Source: a virus
Length of the DNA: 64,000 nt
Direction: 5' to 3' (one strand)
Virus record (IMG/VR): IMGVR_UViG_3300021425_000031
Location: 2,584 to 66,583 of that record
The notes under the pieces were generated by a model. The model searched no databases. It was not told the DNA's origin and saw only the letters and a program-made list of their open reading frames with translations. Position 1 is the first letter of the stretch, and every line of letters starts with the position of its first letter. Of the stretch, positions 29,859-40,196 are shown in pieces. Both the position numbers and the translations under genes were made by a program.

Positions 29859-31321
29859 TGAAAAAGTCCTGTAAAAAAGGATATTATTATTGTTACACTG
29901 ATAAAAAATGTAAAAAAATACCCAAAGGGTGGCATGTTATGCGCTCTGGATATTTAGTAAAAGATGATAATTATCATGATAAAAATGAAACTAAAACTCA
30001 TAATGATGCAAATTTGAATGGAGATTCTAGCAGTGATAGTGGATCCATGGACGAAACTTGGTCTCAAAAATATAAAAAGTCAATCGACTGTGATAATCCA
30101 AAAGGTTTTTCGCAACTTGCTCATTGTCAGGGGCGCAAAAAGAAACTTGATGAAGAGGGATTGCGTAAGTGGTTCCAAAGTAAATCAAAAGATAAAAAAC
30201 CTGGTTGGGTTGATGTTGTAGATGGGGATGCATGTGCTAGAGAAGAGGGGGAAACCGCTACTCCTAAATGCGTATCATCTGAAAAGCGTGCTTCAATGAG
30301 TAAAGCAGAAAGACTCGCTTCTCAGGCAAGAAAGCGCCGCAATGATCCAAATCAACCTAAAAAATCAGGTGCTGCTAAACCAACTTATGTAAAAACAGAT
30401 TATACATTGGAAGGGGACATGAATCTTCAAGAAGTAAAAGACAAACCTGGAAAAGGTAGTGGAACAAAAGATACTTGTTATCATAAGGTTAAGTCAAGAT
30501 ATAAAGTTTGGCCTAGTGCTTACGCTTCTGGAGCACTTGTAAAGTGTCGCAAAATTGGTGCTTCTAATTGGGGAGAATCTACAGAAATGATAAGATATTG
30601 TCCAAAATGTAGAAAGGAAGAAACACGTAAAGAATGCAAATATGGAGAAAAGTTTTGGGATATGTATTCTATGCCAATTAAAATAAAAGATTATACTCCC
30701 AATACTCCACATCCAGGTAACATGCCAGAATCAAAAGATCACGAATATTCTATGGCAAGGTCTGAAATTTCTACGATTATTTCGGCAGCAAAAAGACTTC
30801 GTAAAAAAATGAAGGGTGAGGGGAATATTAAGGCATGGGTTCAATCCAAAATTACAAAAGCAGCAGATTATTTAGATACTGCTGCGGATTATATTGATAG
30901 TGGTGAGATTAGTGAGAATTTTATTCCAGGACAACACTTAAATGAAAAGTGTTGGCCTGGATATGAAAAAAAAGGTATGAAAAAAATGTTTGGAAAAAAA
31001 TACCCGAATTGTGTAAAAAAAGAAGAATTTTCGAATTGGAGAGCGGACTTTGGGTTGTCTGAAGATTGGCAAAAAGTCAATCGCAAAGATAAAACAGATG
31101 GTTTAAGTCAAAAAGCAGTTAATGCATATCGTCGTGAAAATCCAGGTTCTAAACTTCAAACTGCTGTAACTGAGAAAAAACCAAAAGGGAAAAGAGCAAA
31201 AAGAAGAAAAAACTTTTGCAGTCGTATGTCCGGAATGAAAAAAAGATTGACTTCAGAAAAAACTGCAAGAGATCCAGATTCAAGAATTAACAAAGCCCTT
31301 CGTCGTTGGAACTGTAATTAA
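29858..31321 (+). CDS. modular basic, Cys-containing hypothetical protein (candidate internal head polyprotein)
   Basis: About 487 aa of short Lys/Cys-rich modules separated by acidic x-x-E junctions; ATG coupled to the gp16 stop. Confidence 0.8.
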   Translation: MKKSCKKGYYYCYTDKKCKKIPKGWHVMRSGYLVKDDNYHDKNETKTHNDANLNGDSSSDSGSMDETWSQKYKKSIDCDNPKGFSQLAHCQGRKKKLDEEGLRKWFQSKSKDKKPGWVDVVDGDACAREEGETATPKCVSSEKRASMSKAERLASQARKRRNDPNQPKKSGAAKPTYVKTDYTLEGDMNLQEVKDKPGKGSGTKDTCYHKVKSRYKVWPSAYASGALVKCRKIGASNWGESTEMIRYCPKCRKEETRKECKYGEKFWDMYSMPIKIKDYTPNTPHPGNMPESKDHEYSMARSEISTIISAAKRLRKKMKGEGNIKAWVQSKITKAADYLDTAADYIDSGEISENFIPGQHLNEKCWPGYEKKGMKKMFGKKYPNCVKKEEFSNWRADFGLSEDWQKVNRKDKTDGLSQKAVNAYRRENPGSKLQTAVTEKKPKGKRAKRRKNFCSRMSGMKKRLTSEKTARDPDSRINKALRRWNCN

Positions 31322-31322
31322 A

Positions 31323-31631
31323 ATGAAAAGTTTTAAGCAATTTATTTCAGAAAGCATTACTATCAACGGTGATTTCAATGGAACCTTAAATGTAGGTTCT
31401 TCTCAACCAGAGCAAGCAACTGAATCATTTTTTGCAGATATTGTTTGGGAAGGTAAATTATATCGCCTTGAAGTTGAGGGTAATATTATGGATAAGAATT
31501 CTCTTGCGGAGCAACTTCAGGCAGAATATCCTGGAGCAATAGTGCATAATATCTATCCAATGACATCAAATTCAGTAACAGTTAAAAACGCACAAAGATA
31601 CAGACCAGAAAGATTATCGTGGAGTGATTGA
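31323..31631 (+). CDS. hypothetical protein with a capsid-targeting-like N-terminus
   Basis: Starts MKSFKQFISE, resembling the T4 internal-protein targeting sequence MKTYQEFIAE. Confidence 0.75.
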   Translation: MKSFKQFISESITINGDFNGTLNVGSSQPEQATESFFADIVWEGKLYRLEVEGNIMDKNSLAEQLQAEYPGAIVHNIYPMTSNSVTVKNAQRYRPERLSWSD

Positions 31632-31634
31632 TTA

Positions 31635-32948
31635 ATGGCACAGTGGAATAAGAATGAACAAGACTTTCTAAACCAAGAAAGAACACTTTTTGAAGTTCCT
31701 TTGATAGCAACAAGGGATGGAAATGTTGTTGATAATCTCAATAGATTTCCAGTAAGTGTAAATCCTGATGCTTTTGGGAGAACTAGAATATCTCAACCAC
31801 TTACACTATTTGATAGTTCTCACAGATATAGGGATAATAATCTTTGGGAGAGTTTAATTGTAGGAACTGGTTCTACAGTTGGATTTGTAACCACTCAGGG
31901 ATTAGTCAATATTGGAATTGGAACTACTGCTGGTTGTTCTGTAATTAGAGAAACTACAAAGACATTTTCATACCAACCAGGAAAATCTTTGCTTGTTTTA
32001 AATACTTTTGTTCCTGCCACACCAAAAACAAATCTAACACAAAGAGTTGGATATTTTGGTGCCGATAATGGAATGTATTTTGAGATTAATGGAACAACTC
32101 CTTATTTTGTAGAGAGAAGTTTATCCACTGGAACTCAAACTGCGGTAGCACAGGATGACTGGAACATTGATAAGTTAGATGGAACTGGTGTTTCTGGTAT
32201 TACATTAGATATTTCCAAAGCACAAATTCTTTGGATGGATATTGAGTGGTTAGGTCTTGGTACAGTCCGAATGGGATTTGTGATTGATGGTAAGTTTATT
32301 CATGCACATTCATTCCACCATTCAAACTTAATTGAATCAACCTATATTACAACAGCATCACTTCCTTTAAGATATGAAATTTTTAATAGTGGAATTACTA
32401 CAAGTAGTAGCACTATGAAGCAAGTTTGTTCTTCTGTAATCTCTGAAGGTGGTTATGAACTTCGTGGATTACAACAGGCAGTGAATACGCCAATCACCGC
32501 ACCAGTAGATTTACCTTCTCCTGCGGGAACTTATTATCCTGTGATTTCTATTCGCCTCAAATCTTCTCCAAATAGATTAGATGCGATTGTAATTATGACA
32601 GCACTATCCATAATGGGTATTGGAAATGGACCAGAATACAACTGGCAGGTGAGAGCATCAGCAACCACAAGTGGAGGAACTTGGGTGGATGCTGGTGTTG
32701 ATAGTGCTGTAGAATATAAGATTGATGGAGGAACTGTAAGTGGTGGAAGAATTCTAGCATCTGGATTTTTCTCATCATCACAGCAATCTTCCACATCAGT
32801 AGATATTCTGAAAGAAGCACTATTTAAGTTTCAGTTAGAAAGAAATGGATTGACTGGAACTCCTTATGAATTGACCCTTGTATGTGCTACGAATAGTGCT
32901 GGTGCTGATGTCTTTGCTTCTCTGGACTGGGAAGAAATTAGTAGGTAA
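31635..32948 (+). CDS. putative virion structural protein (beta-rich)
   Basis: DAFGR.RISQP.TLFD, YQPGKS and DIEWLGLG.VR.GF motifs; lies in the late structural operon. Confidence 0.7.
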   Translation: MAQWNKNEQDFLNQERTLFEVPLIATRDGNVVDNLNRFPVSVNPDAFGRTRISQPLTLFDSSHRYRDNNLWESLIVGTGSTVGFVTTQGLVNIGIGTTAGCSVIRETTKTFSYQPGKSLLVLNTFVPATPKTNLTQRVGYFGADNGMYFEINGTTPYFVERSLSTGTQTAVAQDDWNIDKLDGTGVSGITLDISKAQILWMDIEWLGLGTVRMGFVIDGKFIHAHSFHHSNLIESTYITTASLPLRYEIFNSGITTSSSTMKQVCSSVISEGGYELRGLQQAVNTPITAPVDLPSPAGTYYPVISIRLKSSPNRLDAIVIMTALSIMGIGNGPEYNWQVRASATTSGGTWVDAGVDSAVEYKIDGGTVSGGRILASGFFSSSQQSSTSVDILKEALFKFQLERNGLTGTPYELTLVCATNSAGADVFASLDWEEISR

Positions 32949-32953
32949 TTTTT

Positions 32954-34651
32954 ATGAGTGATAATGTTTATTTGGGAAATCCAAACCTGAAAAAGGCTAA
33001 TACTCAGATTCAGTTTACTGAAGAACAAATCATTGAGTTCTTAAAGTGTAAAGAAGACCCTGTTTATTTTACTAGAAACTATATTAAGATTGTTTCTCTT
33101 GATCATGGTCTTGTGCCCTTTAAAATGTATCCTTTCCAAGAAAAGCTAATTCAAAATTTCCATGATAATAGGTTTAATATCTGTAAGATGCCACGTCAGA
33201 CTGGTAAGTCTACTACTTGTGTATCATATCTTCTACATTACGCTGTTTTTAACGATAATGTTAATATCGCAATCTTAGCAAACAAGGCCTCAACTGCAAG
33301 AGATCTTCTTGGTAGATTACAACTTGCTTACGAAAATCTACCAAGGTGGATGCAGCAAGGTATTGTATCCTGGAACAAAGGTAGTTTAGAATTAGAGAAT
33401 GGGTCTAAGATTTCATCCAACTCTACCTCATCATCTGCAGTTCGAGGTGGATCATATAATGTGATTTTCTTGGACGAATTTGCATTTATTCCAAATCATA
33501 TTGCTGATGATTTCTTTGCATCAGTATATCCAACTATTTCTTCTGGACAAAGCACAAAAGTTATTATAGTTTCAACACCACGCGGTATGAATCACTTCTA
33601 CCGCATGTGGCATGATGCTGAAAGAGGTAAGAATGAGTATGTGCCCACTGATGTTCATTGGTCTGAAGTTCCTGGAAGAGATGATGCTTGGAAAGAGCAA
33701 ACAATTGCCAACACTTCAGAGCAGCAATTCAAAGTTGAATTTGAATGCGAATTCTTAGGATCTGTTAATACTCTTATCAATCCAGCAAAACTTAGAAATC
33801 TTGTATATGAAGATCCTATAAAAAGAAATGCTGGATTGGACATATATCAAAATCCAAAAAAAGAGAATAATTATCTAATCACAGTCGATGTTGCTCGTGG
33901 AATGGGAAATGATTACTCCGCATTTATTGTTTTTGATATTACAGAGTTTCCATATAAGGTAGTAGCAAAGTATAGGAATAATGAAATTAAACCGATGCTA
34001 TTTCCAAGTATTATTCACGAAGTGGCAAAAGGATATAATGATGCTTGGTTGTTGGTTGAAGTTAATGATATTGGAGACCAAGTAGCAAACATTTTACACT
34101 TTGATTTGGAATATGACAATGTACTTATGTGCGCAATGAGAGGTCGTGCGGGTCAAATTGTTGGATCTGGATTTAGTGGAAAAAAATCGCAGTTGGGTGT
34201 GAGAATGACTGCTGCTGTGAAAAAGTTAGGATGCTCTAACTTAAAGACTTTATTAGAAGATGATAAACTTCTTACTGTAGATTATGATATCATTTCAGAA
34301 CTAACCACATTCGCACAGAGACACAACTCCTTTGAGGCAGAAGAGGGTTGTAATGATGATTTGGCAATGTGCCTTGTAATCTTCTCATGGTTGGTAGCAC
34401 AGGACTATTTCAAAGAGATGACGGATAATGATGTCCGTAAAAGAATTTATGAGGAGCAAAAAAATCAAATAGAGCAGGATATGGCACCATTCGGATTTAT
34501 TTCTGATGGACTAGAAGATATGGAAGTGTTTGTAGAAAAAGAAACAGGTGATAAATGGATGTTGGCATCTTCACAAGACAAAAATAGTTCTCTAGAAGTC
34601 TGGAATTTGGACGAATATGGTGACAGATCTTATATGTGGGACTATAGATAG
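32954..34651 (+). CDS. gp17: terminase large subunit gp17
   Basis: YLGNPNLK, Walker A (PRQTGKST), Walker B (IFLDEFAF), nuclease motifs VDVARG and NDDLAM. Confidence 0.97.
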   Translation: MSDNVYLGNPNLKKANTQIQFTEEQIIEFLKCKEDPVYFTRNYIKIVSLDHGLVPFKMYPFQEKLIQNFHDNRFNICKMPRQTGKSTTCVSYLLHYAVFNDNVNIAILANKASTARDLLGRLQLAYENLPRWMQQGIVSWNKGSLELENGSKISSNSTSSSAVRGGSYNVIFLDEFAFIPNHIADDFFASVYPTISSGQSTKVIIVSTPRGMNHFYRMWHDAERGKNEYVPTDVHWSEVPGRDDAWKEQTIANTSEQQFKVEFECEFLGSVNTLINPAKLRNLVYEDPIKRNAGLDIYQNPKKENNYLITVDVARGMGNDYSAFIVFDITEFPYKVVAKYRNNEIKPMLFPSIIHEVAKGYNDAWLLVEVNDIGDQVANILHFDLEYDNVLMCAMRGRAGQIVGSGFSGKKSQLGVRMTAAVKKLGCSNLKTLLEDDKLLTVDYDIISELTTFAQRHNSFEAEEGCNDDLAMCLVIFSWLVAQDYFKEMTDNDVRKRIYEEQKNQIEQDMAPFGFISDGLEDMEVFVEKETGDKWMLASSQDKNSSLEVWNLDEYGDRSYMWDYR

Positions 34652-34668
34652 ATAAAGAAGTAGGAAAT

Positions 34669-34676
34669 TATAAATA
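34669..34676 (+). promoter_or_regulatory. T4-type late promoter
   Basis: TATAAATA upstream of gp18 (AGGAG RBS at about 34700). Confidence 0.75.
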
Positions 34677-34712
34677 CTTTTAGATTAATTCTGGACTTGT
34701 AGGAGAATAAAG

Positions 34713-37151
34713 ATGCCGCTAAATTTAGCATCTCCTGGAATTGTAGTAAGAGAAATTGACTTAACAATTGGAGGAGTTACTCCTTCATCTGATAAAATTG
34801 GTGCAATAGTGGCACCTTTTGCTAAGGGACCGGTAGACTCACCGACTTTAATTGAAAATGAGAATGATTTACTTGTCAATTTTGGAGAACCATATTCAAC
34901 AGATAAGCATTATGAGCATTGGCTAACAGCATCATCATATTTGGCGTATGGTGGAGCACTAAGAGTTGTAAGATCAAATGACTCTGACTTAAGAAATGGA
35001 TTTGTTCCAACTGCTGTTGGTGCAGCATCTAGTGTTAAGATTGACAGTTTAGATCATTATAATGCTTTAGGATATGATGAAAATACCCTTGCAGGAGTTG
35101 TAGTTGCTGCAAAAAATCCTGGATCATGGTCAAATGGTCTTAAGGTTGGTATCATCGATTCTAAAGCAGACCAAACATTAACAGGGATTAGCACTGGTGT
35201 TGTTACAAACACAACATTTGTCGGTGTTGCCACCGCATCGGATGGTGATGTTGGTATCACTACCACAATAATTACTGGAATTACAACAACTGGAATTATT
35301 GCTGGGCAAACATTAAAAGAACTATCAGGAATCATTGGTTCTGGTGTAACTGTTACTGATATTGGATCTGGTACAGTTACCATCAATCCAGCATCTTTAA
35401 ATACAGTTGCATTGGATAATGTAGAGATTTCTTTTGGAAGTTATACTACGACTACAACATCTGCAGCACTTCAAGTTGGATATGGAGTAACTCAATCTGT
35501 TGCAGGCAGAATAAATCCTGGAACAGGATCTACCTCAGTTCTTGATGGATACTTAAAGGGAATTATTACTGGAATTGGTAATTCTTCAATTGATGTAAAA
35601 GTACTAAGTCATGTTTCTGACGCAGGAACTGAGACTGAGTATGATTATCAACCAAATGGTGTTTGGGCGTTTTCATCTTCAGGATCTGTTGGACTTCATA
35701 CAAACGGGCAATCTACATCATATGGAAGTGCTGCATACACTTCAAGACTTGACTGGTTTGACCAACAAACATTAGGTTTAACTAGCACTTCATCTATTTC
35801 TTGGAATAACATTGCTCCAAGACCTGGCACTTCCGCATACGCTGCACCTAGAGGATCAAGATTTGATGAAGTTCATGTCGTAGTTATTGATGCTCTCGGC
35901 ACCGTAACTGGAAATGCTGGCACAATTCTTGAGAGGCACTTAGCACTATCTAAGGCATCTAACGCAGAATTCTCTGTAGGTAATCCATCTTACTGGAGAA
36001 AGTATCTTGCAAACAACTCAGAGTATATTTTCGGTCTCAATTCACCAACTGGTATCGTAACCACTGGATATAGCACAGGATTCGATCTTGAGTCTGATGT
36101 TGCTTGGAATCAGGAAGCAGAAGGAATTACATTTGCTGCTGCTGGCGCTTCTACAAACACACTTACTGGTGGTTTGGACTATAACGGTCAAGCAAACACT
36201 ACATCAACAGGATCTTTAACCGCAACTCTTGCAGAACTTTCTGATGGTTACGACTTATTTGAAAACACTGAAAACTTCCAGGTAGATTTCCTTCTGATGG
36301 GATCTGCCGCATATGATATTAATGATGCACAGGCACTTGCAAACAAACTGATTTCTGTTGCAGAATTAAGAAAAGATGCAATCGCATTCATTTCACCATA
36401 CAGAGGAGCAGCACTTTCTGATACCTCATCTCAGACTGAAGTAACTGTAAGGTCTGCTGCTGACATCACTGATAATGTTGTGGAGTTCTATGCACCTATA
36501 ACCTCATCAACTTATGCAATATTTGATAGTGGTTATAAGTACATGTATGATAGATTTGCAAATACCTTCAGATATGTGCCACTGAATGGAGACATTGCTG
36601 GACTTTGTGCCCGCAATGACATCAACAACTTTGCCTGGTATTCACCTGCAGGAACTTCTAGAGGTGCGATTCTGAATGCAGTTAAACTTGCATACAATCC
36701 ATCAAAAACTCAAAGAGACGTTCTCTATTCAAATAGAATCAACCCAGTAATCTTCTCACCAGGAACAGGTATTATCCTATTCGGTGATAAGACTGGATTT
36801 GGTAAGTCTTCTGCATTTGACAGAATCAATGTCCGTCGTCTGTTTATCTATCTTGAGGATGCTATTTCTCAAGCAGCAAAAGATGCTCTCTTCGAATTCA
36901 ATGATGAGATTACGAGAACAAACTTCGTAAACACCATTGAACCATTCTTACGCGATGTCCAAGCAAAGAGAGGAATCTTTGATTATGTTGTTATTTGTGA
37001 TGAAACAAATAACACAGCTGCGGTGATAGATAGTAATGAATTTGTTGCAGACATCTACATTAAACCGGCAAGATCAATTAACTTCATTGGTCTTAACTTT
37101 ATTGCCACCAAGACTGGTGTTGACTTTGAAGAAGTAATCGGAAACTTTTAA
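34713..37151 (+). CDS. gp18: tail sheath protein gp18
   Basis: SPGIVVREIDLT, WYSPAG..RG, FDRINVRRLF, FEFNDE.TR, IKPARSINFI. Confidence 0.97.
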   Translation: MPLNLASPGIVVREIDLTIGGVTPSSDKIGAIVAPFAKGPVDSPTLIENENDLLVNFGEPYSTDKHYEHWLTASSYLAYGGALRVVRSNDSDLRNGFVPTAVGAASSVKIDSLDHYNALGYDENTLAGVVVAAKNPGSWSNGLKVGIIDSKADQTLTGISTGVVTNTTFVGVATASDGDVGITTTIITGITTTGIIAGQTLKELSGIIGSGVTVTDIGSGTVTINPASLNTVALDNVEISFGSYTTTTTSAALQVGYGVTQSVAGRINPGTGSTSVLDGYLKGIITGIGNSSIDVKVLSHVSDAGTETEYDYQPNGVWAFSSSGSVGLHTNGQSTSYGSAAYTSRLDWFDQQTLGLTSTSSISWNNIAPRPGTSAYAAPRGSRFDEVHVVVIDALGTVTGNAGTILERHLALSKASNAEFSVGNPSYWRKYLANNSEYIFGLNSPTGIVTTGYSTGFDLESDVAWNQEAEGITFAAAGASTNTLTGGLDYNGQANTTSTGSLTATLAELSDGYDLFENTENFQVDFLLMGSAAYDINDAQALANKLISVAELRKDAIAFISPYRGAALSDTSSQTEVTVRSAADITDNVVEFYAPITSSTYAIFDSGYKYMYDRFANTFRYVPLNGDIAGLCARNDINNFAWYSPAGTSRGAILNAVKLAYNPSKTQRDVLYSNRINPVIFSPGTGIILFGDKTGFGKSSAFDRINVRRLFIYLEDAISQAAKDALFEFNDEITRTNFVNTIEPFLRDVQAKRGIFDYVVICDETNNTAAVIDSNEFVADIYIKPARSINFIGLNFIATKTGVDFEEVIGNF

Positions 37152-37170
37152 TTTAGAGGTTTAAACAATC

Positions 37171-37761
37171 ATGGCAACTAGACAACAATTTAATCCACCT
37201 CCTTTAAGAAAGATTACTGACTTCAAAAGTAAGTTAACGGGTGGTGGCGCAAGAAGTAATCTTTTTGAAGTGGTATTATCATTTCCCGACATTGCACCAG
37301 CAGACACTAATGTTTTAGACAAATCAAGATTTTTAGTAAAAGGTGCTAATCTACCCGCATCAAATGTAACACCGTTAGATGTTGCATTTAGAGGAAGAAC
37401 TTTAAAAGTTGCTGGAGATAGAACTTTTGAAAGTTGGACAGTAACCGTAATTAATGACACAGATTTTGCAATTAGATCAGCATTTGAAAACTGGATGAAT
37501 AGAATTAACAGAGTTTCAGACAACACTGGAGCAACAGATCCATCTACTTATACAGCAGATGCATTTGTTTATCAGTTAGATCGGGATGGTTCGACTTTAA
37601 GATCATATCATTTTTATGATATTTTCCCAACTGCAGTTGGCGCAATTAGTCTAGATTATGGCACATCTACAATCCAAGAATTTACAGTAGAATTCCAAAT
37701 TCTTTGGTGGGAAGCAATGAAAGGTAATTCTCCAGCAGCTGGTGGAGAAGATATCAACTAA
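37171..37761 (+). CDS. gp19: tail tube protein gp19
   Basis: GGGARSNLFEV, FRGR.LKVAGDRTFE.WTVTVIND. Confidence 0.95.
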   Translation: MATRQQFNPPPLRKITDFKSKLTGGGARSNLFEVVLSFPDIAPADTNVLDKSRFLVKGANLPASNVTPLDVAFRGRTLKVAGDRTFESWTVTVINDTDFAIRSAFENWMNRINRVSDNTGATDPSTYTADAFVYQLDRDGSTLRSYHFYDIFPTAVGAISLDYGTSTIQEFTVEFQILWWEAMKGNSPAAGGEDIN

Positions 37762-37792
37762 ATAAATTATACACATAGTTTAAATTTATAAA

Positions 37793-39472
37793 ATGGCGAA
37801 ACTTTTTGGTTTTTCGATTGAAGATGAAGATAAAAAACCCAAATCTATAGTTTCCCCCGTTCCTCCGAGTGATGAGGACGGGGTTGATTATTTTATTCAA
37901 TCCGGATTTTATGGGCAATATGTAGATATTGAAGGTGTTTATAGAACTGAATATGATTTGATTCGTCGTTATCGTGAAATGGCACTGCATCCCGAATGTG
38001 ATAATGCTATCGAAAGCGTTGTGAGTGAGGCAATTGTTAGTGATTTATATGATTCTCCTGTAGAAATTGAATTATCAAATTTAAATGCAAGTGATAGATT
38101 AAAAGAAGTTATCAGAGAAGAATTTAAATATATTAAAGAAATTATGGACTTTGATAAAAAGTCTCATGAAATTTTCAGAAATTGGTACGTGGATGGAAGA
38201 GTTTTTTATCTAAAAGTTATTGATCAAAAAAATCCTGAAGCGGGCATTAAGGAATTAAGATATATTGACCCAATGAAAATGAAGCATGTCCGTCAAGAAA
38301 AAAAGACGGGGAATGATATAAATGGGGCAAGAAATTTAAATTTACTATCAAAATCTTTTGGACAAGAACAAGAATATAATTTTCCTGAAGTTGAAGAATA
38401 TTTTATCTATACACCAACTCCAAATTATCCTACAGGTACAATTAGTGGTGGATCTAAAAAAGGTGTTAAGATTGCAAAAGATTCAATAACATATTGCACT
38501 TCGGGTTTAGTGGATAGAAATAAAGGAACTATTTTATCATATCTCCATAAAGCAATTAAAGCACTCAATCAATTGAGAATGATTGAAGATTCCCTTGTTA
38601 TCTACAGATTATCAAGAGCGCCTGAGCGTCGTATTTTTTATATTGATGTTGGAAATCTACCTAAAGTAAAAGCCGAGCAATATCTCAAAGAGGTCATGTC
38701 TCGCTATAGAAATAAACTTGTTTATGATGCTAACACTGGAGAAGTTCGTGATGATCGTAAATTTATGAGTATGCTTGAAGATTTTTGGCTTCCTAGAAGA
38801 GAAGGTGGTCGTGGAACGGAGATCACAACTCTCCCGGGTGGCCAGAATCTTGGAGAACTTTCAGATATTGAATATTTTCAAAAGAAACTTTACAGAGCAC
38901 TTGGAGTACCCGAAACCAGAATTGCCGGTGGTGGTGATGGATTTAATCTTGGAAGATCATCAGAAATTCTTAGAGATGAGTTAATGTTTTCCAAGTTTGT
39001 TGGAAGGTTAAGGAAAAGATTTTCAAATCTTTTTACTGATCTTCTTCGCACCCAACTTCTGTTAAAAAACATAGTTTCCGTAGAAGATTGGAAGCAAATG
39101 TGTGATCATATTCAATATGATTTTCTATATGACAATCATTTTGCAGAACTAAAAGAAGCAGAATTATTAACAAATAGATTAACTTTAGCAACTACTGTAG
39201 AACCTTATATTGGAAAATATTACTCTACTGAGTATGTTCGTAAAAAAATTCTTCGCCAAACAGATTCTGAAATTATTGAAATTGATTTACAAATTGAAGA
39301 TGAGATTGCCAAAGGCATTTTACCAGATCCTAATGCACAAGTAGATGAAATGGGTAATCCAATTCCTCAAGATGGAGAAGTATCTCAAGGTGAGGGTGGA
39401 GAAGTTCCTATCGAACCAGAAATAGATTCATCATCTGCAGAAATACCAGAACCTAAAGGTGGAAAAATATAA
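37793..39472 (+). CDS. gp20: portal vertex protein gp20
   Basis: LSYLHKAIK.LNQLRMIEDSLVIYR.SRAPERRIFYIDVGNLPK, EDFWLPRREGGRGTEI. Confidence 0.98.
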   Translation: MAKLFGFSIEDEDKKPKSIVSPVPPSDEDGVDYFIQSGFYGQYVDIEGVYRTEYDLIRRYREMALHPECDNAIESVVSEAIVSDLYDSPVEIELSNLNASDRLKEVIREEFKYIKEIMDFDKKSHEIFRNWYVDGRVFYLKVIDQKNPEAGIKELRYIDPMKMKHVRQEKKTGNDINGARNLNLLSKSFGQEQEYNFPEVEEYFIYTPTPNYPTGTISGGSKKGVKIAKDSITYCTSGLVDRNKGTILSYLHKAIKALNQLRMIEDSLVIYRLSRAPERRIFYIDVGNLPKVKAEQYLKEVMSRYRNKLVYDANTGEVRDDRKFMSMLEDFWLPRREGGRGTEITTLPGGQNLGELSDIEYFQKKLYRALGVPETRIAGGGDGFNLGRSSEILRDELMFSKFVGRLRKRFSNLFTDLLRTQLLLKNIVSVEDWKQMCDHIQYDFLYDNHFAELKEAELLTNRLTLATTVEPYIGKYYSTEYVRKKILRQTDSEIIEIDLQIEDEIAKGILPDPNAQVDEMGNPIPQDGEVSQGEGGEVPIEPEIDSSSAEIPEPKGGKI

Positions 39473-39500
39473 ATAGTCCTATAATAATAAAATAATTTTT

Positions 39501-39665
39501 ATGGAAGAACTTATCGACTTGATTGCAATTAATGGATCCCCGTCAGATGTTTCTGATAAAATTAAAGAAATTCTTTACACAAAATCTGCCGAAAAAGTAG
39601 ATCTTGTCCGACCAGAAATTGCAAATATGATGTTTGGTAGCACCGAAGAAAGTGGGGATGAATAA
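39501..39665 (+). CDS. small acidic protein, probable prohead core protein (gp67 position; not in ORF track)
   Basis: MEELIDLIAINGSPSDVSDKIKEILYTKSAEKVDLVRPEIANMMFGSTEESGDE; preceded by TATAAATA at 39468. Confidence 0.7.
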   Translation: MEELIDLIAINGSPSDVSDKIKEILYTKSAEKVDLVRPEIANMMFGSTEESGDE

Positions 39666-39667
39666 TA

Positions 39668-40195
39668 ATGGCAATAAAAATAGTTCAAAATGTTGAAAGA
39701 ATTTCTCCAACGAATTCTTCTCCAGCAATTAGCAATCCAATTGCACTTAAAAGTGGTTATATTAGAGTTGCTACAGGATTAACTGCAGTTTATGTTGAAA
39801 CTGGTGGCAATCCAACAGTAACAACTAATTCTTTTTATATTTCTCCTTATGGAAATGAAGTATTAAAAGAGAGAATTGCTAGACAAAAAATATCAGGTAT
39901 TACAACAGGAACATCAACAGTTATTACATTTCCAAGTAATGCCGGAAATCCTTTTGTTATTGGAGATTATGTAACAATTGAAAATGCACAACCTTCTGGA
40001 ATAAATACAATTCATCAAGTAGTAACTGAATTAACAGAATCCACTTTGACTATATCTGCAGACACTTCTTCTATTGTTGGTATTATTACAGTTACCAATG
40101 CTACAGTATCTAGAAGTGTTAAGGTTGCCGCTCTTTCTGAGGGAAGTTCATCAAATCTAAGTATTACAGAAATAGTCCAATTAGTTTCCGAATAA
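39668..40195 (+). CDS. hypothetical (probable virion) protein
   Basis: 175 aa, Thr/Ser/Ile-rich, between gp20 and gp21. Confidence 0.7.
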   Translation: MAIKIVQNVERISPTNSSPAISNPIALKSGYIRVATGLTAVYVETGGNPTVTTNSFYISPYGNEVLKERIARQKISGITTGTSTVITFPSNAGNPFVIGDYVTIENAQPSGINTIHQVVTELTESTLTISADTSSIVGIITVTNATVSRSVKVAALSEGSSSNLSITEIVQLVSE

Positions 40196-40196
40196 A

